Positions 14,947 through 24,293 are shown, numbered from the stretch's first letter. The stretch: DNA of 36,771 nucleotides from an uncultured Acidimicrobiales bacterium (GCA_937942965.1 CALDGN010000315.1:1-36771), one strand, 5' to 3'. Made by a program: numbers and translations. Notes: generated by a model not told the origin, from the letters alone.

Positions 14947-15840
14947 TCAGCCTGCGGCGGCGTAGATCACGGCCAGCCCCGGCGCATCAGCGCGGACGTT
15001 GCCAGCAGCATCGCGTTCGCGCACCTCAGCTTGGCCCTCGGGGCAGGCCGAGAGGAACGGGCACCACGCGCAGAGCGGGCCGGTCGATGCGTCAAAGGTG
15101 CCGGACTCGCAGTCGGCGTTGAGTGACTGCCATGTGCCGGACAGCTCTTCGGTCGCCGTCGCAATGTTGCGCTCGGTCACCCGAACGCCAAGCGTGCGCT
15201 GACCGAGGTAGAGCAAACGGGCGCCGATAGGCAGCTGACCCGTGTGGGCCTGGAGCGCAGCCGCATACAACAAGACCTGTTTGAGTGGGCGATGTCGGAA
15301 CCGCTCCGCCGGTGCCTTGCCGGACTTGTAGTCGCTGACGACAAGCCCCTCGTCGTGCACATCGACCCGGTCGATGATGCCCCGGAACGGCACACCGCTG
15401 ATGTCGACCTGGACCTCGTGTTCGGTCGCATGGACCTGGGTGCTGTCAGGATCTTCGAGCGCCCACAGCCCGGCGATCGCAATCCACGACTTCCAGCGGA
15501 ACTCCTTGGAACCAGCATCGTTCAGACCGAGCGCCTGATAGTCGGACTCGCGCTCAAACTCGGGCCACAACGTGCGGGCGAGGGTCTTGGCTTGGTCTTG
15601 TGAGCGCTGGCCTTCGGGAAGCTGCAACAGGTGCTCGAGTACGAGGTGGGCGAACGTACCGACGAGTGCAGGGACCCCGGGCGGGTCGGGCAAACGGTCG
15701 ACGTAACGGTGGCGCCACTTGCGGGGGCACTGTTGATACAGGTTGGAGCTCGACGGCGACAGGTGCCGAGGCCGATAGTCGTCGCCCAGTCCGAGGTGCT
15801 CGGGGGCAACCTCGAGATCGGGACCGGGGACGAATTCCAT
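14947..15840 (-). CDS. PD-(D/E)XK nuclease, RecB/Cas4-like with four-Cys cluster
   Basis: Motifs GIIDRVD ... VVSDYKSGK (D...D-x-K) and QVLLY (QxxxY). Cys pattern C(QQCPRKW)...CAWCPFLSAC matches Cas4/AddB-type Fe-S nuclease domains. ATG 15840 is preferred over TTG 15870. Confidence 0.82.
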   Translation of the reverse strand: MEFVPGPDLEVAPEHLGLGDDYRPRHLSPSSSNLYQQCPRKWRHRYVDRLPDPPGVPALVGTFAHLVLEHLLQLPEGQRSQDQAKTLARTLWPEFERESDYQALGLNDAGSKEFRWKSWIAIAGLWALEDPDSTQVHATEHEVQVDISGVPFRGIIDRVDVHDEGLVVSDYKSGKAPAERFRHRPLKQVLLYAAALQAHTGQLPIGARLLYLGQRTLGVRVTERNIATATEELSGTWQSLNADCESGTFDASTGPLCAWCPFLSACPEGQAEVRERDAAGNVRADAPGLAVIYAAAG

Positions 15841-15889
15841 ATATGTAGTTCTACTACGTGGGTGTGACAACCACGACCCTGTTCGGAAC

Positions 15890-15895
15890 TACGCT
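15890..15895 (+). promoter_or_regulatory. Putative -10 box of a leaderless promoter
   Basis: TACGCT followed by 6 nt (CTGCCC), then ATG 15902. Confidence 0.35.
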
Positions 15896-15901
15896 CTGCC
15901 C

Positions 15902-16354
15902 ATGCTTGCCGCCGTAGGGGACACGCCCTACAACATCGTGCGCCTCGTTCACCTCTTCACGGTCATCGTTGGCACCGGGTTGGCGTTTGCAGCGCCGGTC
16001 ATTGCAGTGCGCGCTCGCCGTGGCGGAGGCGGCAAGCCGATGCAAGAACTCGTCGATGAAACGGCGTCGGCACTGATCTTCCCGATGTTGCTCGTCGCCG
16101 GCATGGCGGGCGGAGCGCTCGTCGGCATGAGTGATGACTTCTGGGACTTCAGCCAGACCTGGCTCGCCATTGGCGGCGCGGTCTGGATGCTGATCCTGGT
16201 GCTGGTGCTGGCGGTGTATCCGCCTCGCTGGCTCAGCCTGTTCAACCTGGCCGAGGAACGCAAGCGCATGCTCGGTGGCATGTTGCATCTCGCGCTCGCC
16301 GTGATGCTGGTCCTGATGGTTTGGAAGTTCGGCGCCCTCCCCGGCGCCTACTAA
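15902..16354 (+). CDS. Integral membrane protein (about four TM helices), unknown function
   Basis: 150-aa ORF with hydrophobic segments VRLVHLFTVIVGTGLAFAAPVIAV, ALIFPMLLVAGMAGGALVG, LAIGGAVWMLILVLVLAVY and LHLALAVMLVLMVW. Confidence 0.75.
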   Translation: MLAAVGDTPYNIVRLVHLFTVIVGTGLAFAAPVIAVRARRGGGGKPMQELVDETASALIFPMLLVAGMAGGALVGMSDDFWDFSQTWLAIGGAVWMLILVLVLAVYPPRWLSLFNLAEERKRMLGGMLHLALAVMLVLMVWKFGALPGAY

Positions 16355-16386
16355 TCAAACAGCGAGAAACTCTGTAAGCGAGCGAC

Positions 16387-18432
16387 TTAGACGTCGAGGG
16401 CTTCGCGGTCGAATAGGGTTGAGTTCTTGACCAGGTAGTTGCGGCGGTTTTCGACGTTGGAGCCCATGAGCACGTCGAACATTTCGGCGGCTTGTTTCAT
16501 CTCTTTGGCGTCTTGCATGGTGAGGCGTCGCAGGATCCGGGTCTCGGGATCCAAGGCGGCCGTGGCGAGTTCGTCGACGTTCATTTCGCCGAGGCCCTTG
16601 AATCGCTGCCAGCGGATGTTCTCGGCCTTGCGATTGCCCTTGGTGAGCTCTTTGGTGATCTCTTCTTTTTCGGCGTCGGTGAACGCTCGGTAGGTTTCGC
16701 CGCTGACCTTGGTCGTGAACAGCGGCGGTTGGGCGGCATACACCCGGCCGGCTTCGAGCATTGGGCGCATGTACTCGTGAATCAGCGTCAGTAGCAGACA
16801 GCGGATGTGGCTGCCATCGACGTCGGCGTCGCACAGGATCACGATGCGGCCGTAGCGGGCTTGCTCAATGTCGAATGCTTCGCCGCTGCCAGCACCGACG
16901 GCGGTGAACAGGGCTTGGGCTTCGGTGTTGTCGAGGACCTGCTTGGTGGTGGCCTTGGCGGCATTCACGACCTTGCCCCGTAGCGGCAGGATGGCCATCG
17001 TTTCGCTGTTGCGGCCCGCCTTGGCCGGACCGGCGGCCGAATCGCCCTCGACGATGAGCAGCTCGCTGTCCATGCCGTGCTTGCGACAGTCGGCCAGCTT
17101 GGCGGGCATGCCGCCGGAGCCGAGGCTGGCGGCTTTGCGCTTGTTCTCGAGCACCTGGCGACTGGCGACACGGTTGAGCACTGCAGTGGCCATCTTGTCG
17201 CGCAACGCGTTGACGTGGCTCTTCGGGCCCTCGCCATCGAACCAGGCGGTGAGGCCGGTCTTGACGACTTCGTACACGATGCTCTGAATAGCCGGGGTGC
17301 CGAGTTCACGTTTGGTCTGACCGCGGAACTGAGGTTCGGGGAACGTCACCTTGACCGCAGCAACGAGTCCTTCGTGGACATCGTCTTTGACGGCACGGTC
17401 CTTGTCTTGCTTGGCGAGCTTGGCGAGCTTCTTGGTGCCGGGCAGGAGCTTGTCGTTGATGGCACGAGTGAGCGCACGTTCGAAGCCGGTCAGGTGCGTA
17501 CCGCCATCGGGCGTCGGCACGGTGTTGACGAACGAGGCAACTGATGTCTCGTAGCTGGTGGTCCAGCGCATGGCGACGTCGACCATGCACTCTCGTTCGA
17601 CCGTCGTCATCTTGCCGTTGACGGGCACCTTTTCTTCGAAGGTCTCGATGCCGCTGAGGGTGATGACGCGAGTGACGTGGTCGCCTTGGCTTTCGTATTC
17701 GACGAGATCCTTGAGGCCGCCCCGTGACAGGAACTCTTCTTGGTTCTGGCTGCCGGTTCGCTTGTCGGTCAGGACGATCTTGAGGCCAGGCACCAAGAAG
17801 GTGGCCCGGGCAACCCGGTCGCGCACGGTGTCGTAGTCGATCGTCGCGTCAGGATCGAAGATGTCCCAGTCCGGCCAGAATCGGATCCGAGTTCCGGTCT
17901 TGTTCTTCGAGATCTTCTTGATCTTCTCGAGCTCGTGGGTGGCCTTGAACTTGGAGCCGTCGAACCGGCCAGCGATGCGCTCGTTGAACGACAAGCGCCA
18001 GGTGTAGCCATCGCGGTCGACTTCGGCGACGAGCTTGTTGGCCAGCGCGTTGACGACCGATGCGCCGACGCCGTGGAGGCCGCCAGAAGCGCCGTATGCG
18101 CCGCCGCCGAACTTGCCGCCCGCGTGCAGTTCGGTCAGGACGACTTCGAGGGCCGAGACCTTGCGCTTAGCGTGCTTGCCGATCGGGATACCACGGCCGT
18201 TATCGATGACTTCGATCGACTTGTCTCGGTGGAAAACGACCTCGACCTTGTTGGCGTGGCCCGCGGCGGCTTCGTCGACACCATTGTCGATGAGCTCCCA
18301 GACGAGGTGCACGAGACCCTGCGAGCCGGTGCCGCCGATGTACATGCCCGGGCGCTTGCGGACGGCGTCGAGGCCTTCGAGGGTTTGGATGGCATCAGCG
18401 TCGTAGCCAGTGGACTTCTTCTTGGTCGCCAT
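16387..18432 (-). CDS. parE: Type IIA DNA topoisomerase subunit B, topo IV (ParE)-like
   Basis: GHKL N-box ELIDNGVDEA, GGLHGVGASVVNALA, Toprim EGDSAAG, PLRGKVVN and DADVDGSHI. The subtype is inferred from its partner subunit. Confidence 0.88.
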   Translation of the reverse strand: MATKKKSTGYDADAIQTLEGLDAVRKRPGMYIGGTGSQGLVHLVWELIDNGVDEAAAGHANKVEVVFHRDKSIEVIDNGRGIPIGKHAKRKVSALEVVLTELHAGGKFGGGAYGASGGLHGVGASVVNALANKLVAEVDRDGYTWRLSFNERIAGRFDGSKFKATHELEKIKKISKNKTGTRIRFWPDWDIFDPDATIDYDTVRDRVARATFLVPGLKIVLTDKRTGSQNQEEFLSRGGLKDLVEYESQGDHVTRVITLSGIETFEEKVPVNGKMTTVERECMVDVAMRWTTSYETSVASFVNTVPTPDGGTHLTGFERALTRAINDKLLPGTKKLAKLAKQDKDRAVKDDVHEGLVAAVKVTFPEPQFRGQTKRELGTPAIQSIVYEVVKTGLTAWFDGEGPKSHVNALRDKMATAVLNRVASRQVLENKRKAASLGSGGMPAKLADCRKHGMDSELLIVEGDSAAGPAKAGRNSETMAILPLRGKVVNAAKATTKQVLDNTEAQALFTAVGAGSGEAFDIEQARYGRIVILCDADVDGSHIRCLLLTLIHEYMRPMLEAGRVYAAQPPLFTTKVSGETYRAFTDAEKEEITKELTKGNRKAENIRWQRFKGLGEMNVDELATAALDPETRILRRLTMQDAKEMKQAAEMFDVLMGSNVENRRNYLVKNSTLFDREALDV

Positions 18433-18508
18433 AGCGGTTCCTTGTGGTGGGGCTTCGGCCAGGTACGGGACGACGGTGCGTTACCGCCGGCGGCTTTCCA
18501 GCGGACTG

Positions 18509-20938
18509 TTACCAACGGACTGGGCCGAGGTCGAGGATCTGTCGGTCGGTGGCGGATGCGGAAAGGTCACGCTTGGTTGGCTCCAACGGGAACGCAACCG
18601 GCGTGGGGTCAAGCTTGCTGTGGTCTTCGTCGGTCGACATGAGGACCCAAAGGTTCTCGGCCGAGCCGATGTAGGCGGCGCGGAGCGGCTTGTCGTCACG
18701 CAGCTTGTGTAAGCGCACACCCCCCGTGCCGCGGCCCTTGACCGGGATCTCGTCGAACGGCGTCGCCTTGGCTTCGGCGACAGGGGAGACCGAGATGATC
18801 ACGCCGTCCCAGACCTCGGGGTCGACCGGGCCAGCTGCGGTGATCTTGGCGCCGTCTTTGAGCTTCATGCCGGCTACGCCAGCAGCACCGCGGCCTTGGA
18901 CGCTGATGGCGTCGACGCTGGTGCGCAGTGCGTTGGCGTTGTCGGCGACCATGATGATGTCGGCGCCGTCAGGGCACGCGAACGCAGCGGCCAGGTCGTC
19001 GCCATCTTTGAGACGCATGACGGTGCTGCCGCTACGAGTCCCTTCGAGCTCTTCGATCGTCAGGCGCTTGGCGACACCGTTGCGGGTGACGAGCACCAGG
19101 TGACCGTTGATCGGGCCAGACACGATCGTGAGCGCTCGCTCGCCCTTGTTCATGCCGAAGAGCTGGTCAGCGGGCACGCCCCGGGTGCGTCCGGCGACAT
19201 CGCCCACGTCGTGTACGAGCGCAGAGAGCCCGCGCCCCTCAGAGGTGATGGCCCACACCTGTGCCGTCGTCGAGGTCTCGACCTGGGTCACGACGAGATC
19301 GTGGCGGCCAGGCTTGTTGCGCTTGGCGCCTTCGAGTGCTTCGCGGCCAATCTGGCCCGAGGTCGTGAGCGACACGAGGCAGGCCTCGTCGGTGACTTCG
19401 GCGGGCTGCGAAATATCGCCAGGGGAGAAGGTCTCGAGGTCGCCGACGTTGACGATCTCGCTGCGACGGGGCCGGCCGTATTCTTCGACGAGTTCGTCGA
19501 GTTCGGTCATAACGAGCTTGCGTTGACGGGTCTCGCTGGCCAGCAACTTCTCGTAATCATCGATCGTCGACAGCAGCTGGTCGCGCTCGTCGATGAGCTT
19601 CTGCATCTCGAGGCCAACGAGGCGCCGGAACTGCATGTCGAGAATGTGGGTGGCTTGGATCTCGCTCAGGCTGAGCTCGTCGCACAGCTTCTGGCGAGCT
19701 TCGGGAACCGTCTCGGAGTTCCGGATGATCGAGATGACCTGATCGATGTTGTCGAGGGCAATCAGCAAGCCCTGGACGACGTGCAGCCGTGCCTGAGCCC
19801 GCTCAAGGCGGTACTGGGTACGCCGGATGATGACATCGAGACGGTGGTCGATGTAGTGCTTGCACAGGTCGTACAGCGGCAAGGTGGTCGGCACGCCATT
19901 GACGAGCGCAACGTTGTTCACCGAGAAGGTGTCCTCGAGCGGCGTCATCCGGTACAGCTGGGCCAGCACGGCTTGTGGGTTGACGCCGACCTGGCAATCG
20001 ATCTGCAAGCGCAGGCCGAGGGTGCGGTCGCTCAGGTTGGTGATCGCGGCGACGCCCTCGAGTTTCTCGGCTTCGAGGAGCGCGTTGACCCGGGCGACGA
20101 CCTTTTCGGGGCCGACGAGATAGGGGAGCTCGGTGATGATGATGCCCTGGCGCTTCGGCGTGAGCTGCTCGATGTGAGCACGAGCCCGGACCGTGACCGA
20201 ACCCTTGCCGGTGGCGTACATCTCGGCCAGGCCGTCATCGACGATGATGGCGCCGGTCGGGAAGTCGGGGCCCGGCACTGCAGCGAGCAGTTCGTGCACG
20301 GTCGGCTTGGGCCGACGCTGGGTCAACACGATGCGGATGGCCTCGGCAACCTCGGCGAGATTGTGGGGTGCCATCGAGGTCGCCATGCCGACGGCAATAC
20401 CGCTCGTGCCGTTGACGAGCAGGTTTGGCAACAAGCCAGGAAGGCACTCGGGCTCGGTGCCCTCGCCGTCATAGGTCGGGCGCCACTCGACGGTGTTCTC
20501 GTCGAGCTCGTCGAGCATCGACATCGCGGCCTGCGAGAGTCGACACTCGGTATAACGGTGGGCCGCAGGCGGTTCGTCGAGGCTGCCGAAGTTGCCCTGC
20601 GGGTCGATCAGCGTGACGTTCTTGGCAAAGTCCTGGCCCATGCGCACGAGGGCGTCATAGATCGCCGAGTCGCCGTGCGGATGGAAGTTGCCCATGGTGT
20701 CGCCAACAACACGGGCGCACTTGCGGTGCGGTCCATCAGGGCGAATGCCCATGTTGAGCATGGAGTAGAGAATGCGTCGTTGGACGGGTTTGAGACCGTC
20801 TCGGACGTCGGGAATTGCCCGGCTCGTGATGACCGACAGCGAGTACGCGAGAAACGACTCCGACATCTCGTCGGCGACGGAAACATCAATGACTTCGCGA
20901 GCGAAGTCAGGAGCCAGCGGCAGCTGATCCTGAGGCAT
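18509..20938 (-). CDS. parC: Type IIA DNA topoisomerase subunit A, topo IV (ParC)-like, no canonical GyrA box
   Basis: DGLKPVQRRILY, HPHGD and catalytic Tyr in AAHRYTECRL. The C-terminal beta-pinwheel has GRGxxGV blades. Where GyrA carries QRRGGKG, the sequence reads AKRNKPGRH. TGcCATACT (20953-20945, minus strand) plus 6 nt precedes ATG 20938. Confidence 0.88.
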   Translation of the reverse strand: MPQDQLPLAPDFAREVIDVSVADEMSESFLAYSLSVITSRAIPDVRDGLKPVQRRILYSMLNMGIRPDGPHRKCARVVGDTMGNFHPHGDSAIYDALVRMGQDFAKNVTLIDPQGNFGSLDEPPAAHRYTECRLSQAAMSMLDELDENTVEWRPTYDGEGTEPECLPGLLPNLLVNGTSGIAVGMATSMAPHNLAEVAEAIRIVLTQRRPKPTVHELLAAVPGPDFPTGAIIVDDGLAEMYATGKGSVTVRARAHIEQLTPKRQGIIITELPYLVGPEKVVARVNALLEAEKLEGVAAITNLSDRTLGLRLQIDCQVGVNPQAVLAQLYRMTPLEDTFSVNNVALVNGVPTTLPLYDLCKHYIDHRLDVIIRRTQYRLERAQARLHVVQGLLIALDNIDQVISIIRNSETVPEARQKLCDELSLSEIQATHILDMQFRRLVGLEMQKLIDERDQLLSTIDDYEKLLASETRQRKLVMTELDELVEEYGRPRRSEIVNVGDLETFSPGDISQPAEVTDEACLVSLTTSGQIGREALEGAKRNKPGRHDLVVTQVETSTTAQVWAITSEGRGLSALVHDVGDVAGRTRGVPADQLFGMNKGERALTIVSGPINGHLVLVTRNGVAKRLTIEELEGTRSGSTVMRLKDGDDLAAAFACPDGADIIMVADNANALRTSVDAISVQGRGAAGVAGMKLKDGAKITAAGPVDPEVWDGVIISVSPVAEAKATPFDEIPVKGRGTGGVRLHKLRDDKPLRAAYIGSAENLWVLMSTDEDHSKLDPTPVAFPLEPTKRDLSASATDRQILDLGPVRW

Positions 20939-21052
20939 GTGTCGAGTATGGCATCGGCCTACGACAGCCCCGCGGCACTGCGGCGGGACTCCCCAAATCT
21001 CTCCACGGCCCTGCGTGCAACAAAGCCCCGATCGGGCCTGCTTGGGCGAGGA

Positions 21053-21949
21053 CTAGAAGCCGGTTTGGGCCGGGAAACGGAACCCGAAGCAGGTGCTGTC
21101 GGTTGCGCACAACGCTCCCGAGCCTGAGCCGAGGCTGGTGATGGTCAGCTCGGCATCGATCGTCGACACGTCGTCGGTATCGACCAGGCTGTCGCTCTCG
21201 TAGCTGCCGGCAAGGTCGGCGACGACCTGTGGCGAGTCCGAGGCGGACCACTCGAATGGCCCGCTCATCGACATCGTGACCCGGGTCTCGTCGACCATCG
21301 ACATGTCGAGGGCGCCCGTGAACGAGCCGGTGCCGTCTTCGTTGAAGGTCAGGCTGACCTCGTTGCGAGCCACGGTGGCGCCTTCGTCCTCGAAGACTCG
21401 AGTGAAGAACGAGCCGTTGACCGTGCCAGCGGTGATCCGTGCAGGCACGTCGAGGGCGGCGAGGTCGTCGTCATCACCGGTCGCCGGCGCCGGAGTTGGT
21501 TCGACGGCGGCAACGATCTCGGGTGTCGCCGTGGGATCGGGGATCGGGATCGCCGTCGGTGCTGCCTCGGTGGCGCCGAGCTCCTCTTGGGGGATTGGTT
21601 CGCCGGATTCGTCGGTGAGCACCTGTGCCGGCTGCGCTGCTGTCGATGCGGCATCGCCGGCAATCGCGTCGCTCGTGGCTGTATCGCCAGTCGCTGCTGC
21701 GGCGGGATCCGGCGCAGGCACCGAGAAGGCGGCGTCGAGTTCGTCGTCGCTGTCGTCCGACTCGGTCGCAACTGGGGCGTCTGCGAGCAGCGCCGATGCT
21801 TCTTGAGGCGTGACCGCGATGCCGATCGAGTCGAGCTGCGGCTTGTCGCTGAGTCCGAGGAGCAGCGCGACAATGGTGACGCCAGCGGCCAACAGCAGGA
21901 TCACTGCCATGGACGACCGGGTGTTGTCGGGCGCATAACTCGGCTTCAT
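21053..21949 (-). CDS. Membrane-anchored protein with acidic Ala/Thr/Asp-rich linker and unknown C-terminal domain
   Basis: N-terminal TM helix (MAVILLLAAGVTIVALLLGL), a low-complexity acidic region, then a roughly 130-aa beta-rich domain ending ...CFGFRFPAQTGF. Confidence 0.7.
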   Translation of the reverse strand: MKPSYAPDNTRSSMAVILLLAAGVTIVALLLGLSDKPQLDSIGIAVTPQEASALLADAPVATESDDSDDELDAAFSVPAPDPAAAATGDTATSDAIAGDAASTAAQPAQVLTDESGEPIPQEELGATEAAPTAIPIPDPTATPEIVAAVEPTPAPATGDDDDLAALDVPARITAGTVNGSFFTRVFEDEGATVARNEVSLTFNEDGTGSFTGALDMSMVDETRVTMSMSGPFEWSASDSPQVVADLAGSYESDSLVDTDDVSTIDAELTITSLGSGSGALCATDSTCFGFRFPAQTGF

Positions 21950-22046
21950 CGGGCCACCGTTCTAGCCGCTCAGCGCAGCGGCGCGGCTGCTTATGGCCGA
22001 GCAATCCAGCGAGGCAGAGACGAGGTCGACTGACGCTTCGGTGACG

Positions 22047-23258
22047 CTACGAGGCATGGAGGAGTACCAATTCGGCCTGGTCGCCCGCTTCGACGCCAGA
22101 ACCGTCGGGCAGCAGTGCGAGTCCTGAGGCTGCGGCCATTGCCGAGAGCTGATGCGAGCCTTGCCCGCCAGCGGACCGGAAGAAGGCCTGGCCGTTCTCC
22201 CAGCGCACTTCGACGCGTGCAAAGTGGGTCTTGCCGTCGGGGCCACGACGCATCGCCTCGTCGGCGGTGCCAAGGACCCGAGGGCGGTGGGCATCTTCGA
22301 GAGGGATACCACGCATCAGTCGCAGCCCAGGACGAGCGAACAGCTCGAACGACACCATTGACGACACGGGGTTGCCGGGCAGTCCAAAGATTGGCGTGCC
22401 ATCGAGCGTGCCGAACGCGAGCGGCTTGGCTGGCTTGATCGCAATCTGCATCCAGCGCATGTCGGCGATCCGCTTGAGCACCATCTTCACGAAGTCGAAG
22501 TCGCCCATGCTGACGCCGCCGCTGGTGATCAGCGCGTCGCACGAGGCTGCACCAGATCGCAGCGCTGCTTCGACCGCGTCTTCGTCGTCTCGAATCAGGC
22601 CGAGGTCGACGGTGTCGCAACCGGCTTGGGCCACCAGCGACAGAATCGTGTGACGGTTCGAGTCCCGGATCTGGCCGGGAGCGAGTGCCTGTGGGCCTTC
22701 GACGAGCTCGTCTCCGGTCGACATGACCCCGACGAGCGGACGGCGATGTGCGCTGATCGAGGCGATGCCGAGCGTCGCGAGCACGCCGATGTGGCCGGGC
22801 TGTAGCAGCGTGCCGCTCTCGAACACGGTCTGGTTGGGCTGCATGTCCTCGCCGGCGCGGCGAACCGCGGCTCCGGAGGAGACGCCTTCGAGGATGCGCA
22901 CGGCATCGGCGCCATCAGGGTTCTCGGTGTTTTCGACCATGACGACAGCATCGGCACCTGCCGGCATGGGCGCACCCGTCATGATGCGAACTGCGGTGCC
23001 GGGCGTGACGTCGACCGTGGGCGCTTCGCCCGCAGCGATTGCACCGGCGACCTGCAGGACCGTCGGAGCGTCGGCGGTGTCCGCAGCGATGACGGCGTAC
23101 CCGTCGACGGCCGTGTTGTCGAACGGAGGGACCTGCTCGGTCGACTCGATCGGCTCAGCGGTCACGAGGCCGAGCGCATCGAACGCAGGGAACGACTCAG
23201 CCGGAAGCGGAGCGCATTGGCTGAGCACGTACTGCTGGGCTTCGGAAAGAGGAATCAT
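22047..23258 (-). CDS. moeA: Molybdopterin molybdenumtransferase
   Basis: 403-aa ORF. Contains PPFDNTAVDGYAV, RIMTGAP.P.GADAVV, TGDEL, SGGVSMGDFD and LPGNPVS. An SD-like GGAAGGG lies upstream. Confidence 0.92.
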   Translation of the reverse strand: MIPLSEAQQYVLSQCAPLPAESFPAFDALGLVTAEPIESTEQVPPFDNTAVDGYAVIAADTADAPTVLQVAGAIAAGEAPTVDVTPGTAVRIMTGAPMPAGADAVVMVENTENPDGADAVRILEGVSSGAAVRRAGEDMQPNQTVFESGTLLQPGHIGVLATLGIASISAHRRPLVGVMSTGDELVEGPQALAPGQIRDSNRHTILSLVAQAGCDTVDLGLIRDDEDAVEAALRSGAASCDALITSGGVSMGDFDFVKMVLKRIADMRWMQIAIKPAKPLAFGTLDGTPIFGLPGNPVSSMVSFELFARPGLRLMRGIPLEDAHRPRVLGTADEAMRRGPDGKTHFARVEVRWENGQAFFRSAGGQGSHQLSAMAAASGLALLPDGSGVEAGDQAELVLLHAS

Positions 23259-23315
23259 GCGGCCCTTCCAGGTGTGCGAGTTGTTGTCGAGTGGCGGAGT
23301 GCGTGAGCGAAACGC

Positions 23316-24200
23316 TCAGGCGATGCCGTGCTCGGCGACGATCGATGCCAGCAGCTTACGGAAATCGGCACCGAGCTCAGGATGTTCGAGGCCGAGTTCG
23401 ACCGTTGCTCGCAGGTAGTCGAGCTTCTGGCCTGCGTCGTAGCGGCGGCCTTCGTTCAGGCAGGCGCGCACACCGGTGCGGTCGATCATGGCTGCGATGG
23501 CGTCGGTGATCTGGATCTCGCCGCCAACGCCGGGAGGCGTCGCCGCAATCGCATCGAAGATCGCGGCCGGGAACACGTAGCGACCAGGCGCGAGCCCGTA
23601 GTTCGAGGTGGCTTCTTCGATTGGCGGCTTCTCGACGATGCTGCCGACGTCGATGATGCCGTCTTCGATACCAAGCGGGTCGATGACGCCGTAGGAGATG
23701 ACTTCTTCGAGCGGGTAGTGGCCGGCAGCGAGCACCACCGCGTCGGTTTCGGCCTGTACCTCGATCATGCGGCGGAGCAAATCGCCGCCGTCGACGAGGA
23801 TGTCGTCAGGCAACAACACGGCGAACGGCTCGTCGCCAACCCAGCTCGCCGCCATGCCAATCGCGTGGCCCAGCCCAAGCGGCTGGCCCTGGCGAGTGAA
23901 GTACATCTTGGCTTTCTTCGGGATCTCGAGCACGGCTTCGAGCAGCTCATGCTTGCCGCGGGACTCGAGCAGCGACTCGAGTTCGAAGTCACGATCGAAG
24001 TGGTCCTCGAGGGACTTCTTCGACGGCGCGGTGATGATCAGCACATCTTCGATACCGGCGCCGACGGCTTCGTCGATCACGTACTGGATCGCCGGCTGGT
24101 CGACGATCGGCAGCATTTCCTTGGGTATCGACTTCGTCGCAGGGAGGAAGCGGGTGCCAAGACCTGCGGCGGGGATTACGGCTTTTCGGACACGTGCCAT
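23316..24200 (-). CDS. galU: UTP--glucose-1-phosphate uridylyltransferase
   Basis: KAVIPAAGLGTRFLPATKSIPKEMLPIVD.P.IQY..EA motif. ATG 24200 is preferred over the longer ORF. TACCCT (24215-24210, minus strand) lies 9 nt upstream. Confidence 0.92.
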   Translation of the reverse strand: MARVRKAVIPAAGLGTRFLPATKSIPKEMLPIVDQPAIQYVIDEAVGAGIEDVLIITAPSKKSLEDHFDRDFELESLLESRGKHELLEAVLEIPKKAKMYFTRQGQPLGLGHAIGMAASWVGDEPFAVLLPDDILVDGGDLLRRMIEVQAETDAVVLAAGHYPLEEVISYGVIDPLGIEDGIIDVGSIVEKPPIEEATSNYGLAPGRYVFPAAIFDAIAATPPGVGGEIQITDAIAAMIDRTGVRACLNEGRRYDAGQKLDYLRATVELGLEHPELGADFRKLLASIVAEHGIA

Positions 24201-24268
24201 ACACCGGCCAGGGTAGGGGTCCGGCGTCAGAGTGGGGTGGCGCAACCTACCGAGATGTCGATACGGCC

Positions 24269-24293
24269 CATCTGGGTACAGATCATCTGGGTA
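24269..24293. promoter_or_regulatory. Direct repeat CATCTGGGTA-N5-CATCTGGGTA with embedded palindrome CAGATcATCTG
   Basis: Two exact 10-mers at 24269-24278 and 24284-24293. They lie about 66-90 nt upstream of the predicted galU transcription start and just downstream of the plsY stop. Confidence 0.3.

Noticed and set aside
16387-20938. Calling the topoisomerase pair DNA gyrase (gyrB/gyrA)
   Set aside because: The gene order is A then B. The A-subunit C-terminal domain lacks a canonical GyrA box, reading AKRNKPGRH where QRRGGKG is expected. A topo IV-like call is preferred but remains unverified.
18896-21127. 743-aa plus-strand ORF
   Set aside because: It is entirely antisense to the well-supported ParC-like gene. 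The protein is low-complexity (Asp/Gly/Arg/Val/Ala) and is a GC-driven open frame. The same reasoning applies to 5653-6651, 2905-4101, 7477-8529, 8321-9322, 17740-18642 and 23328-24422.
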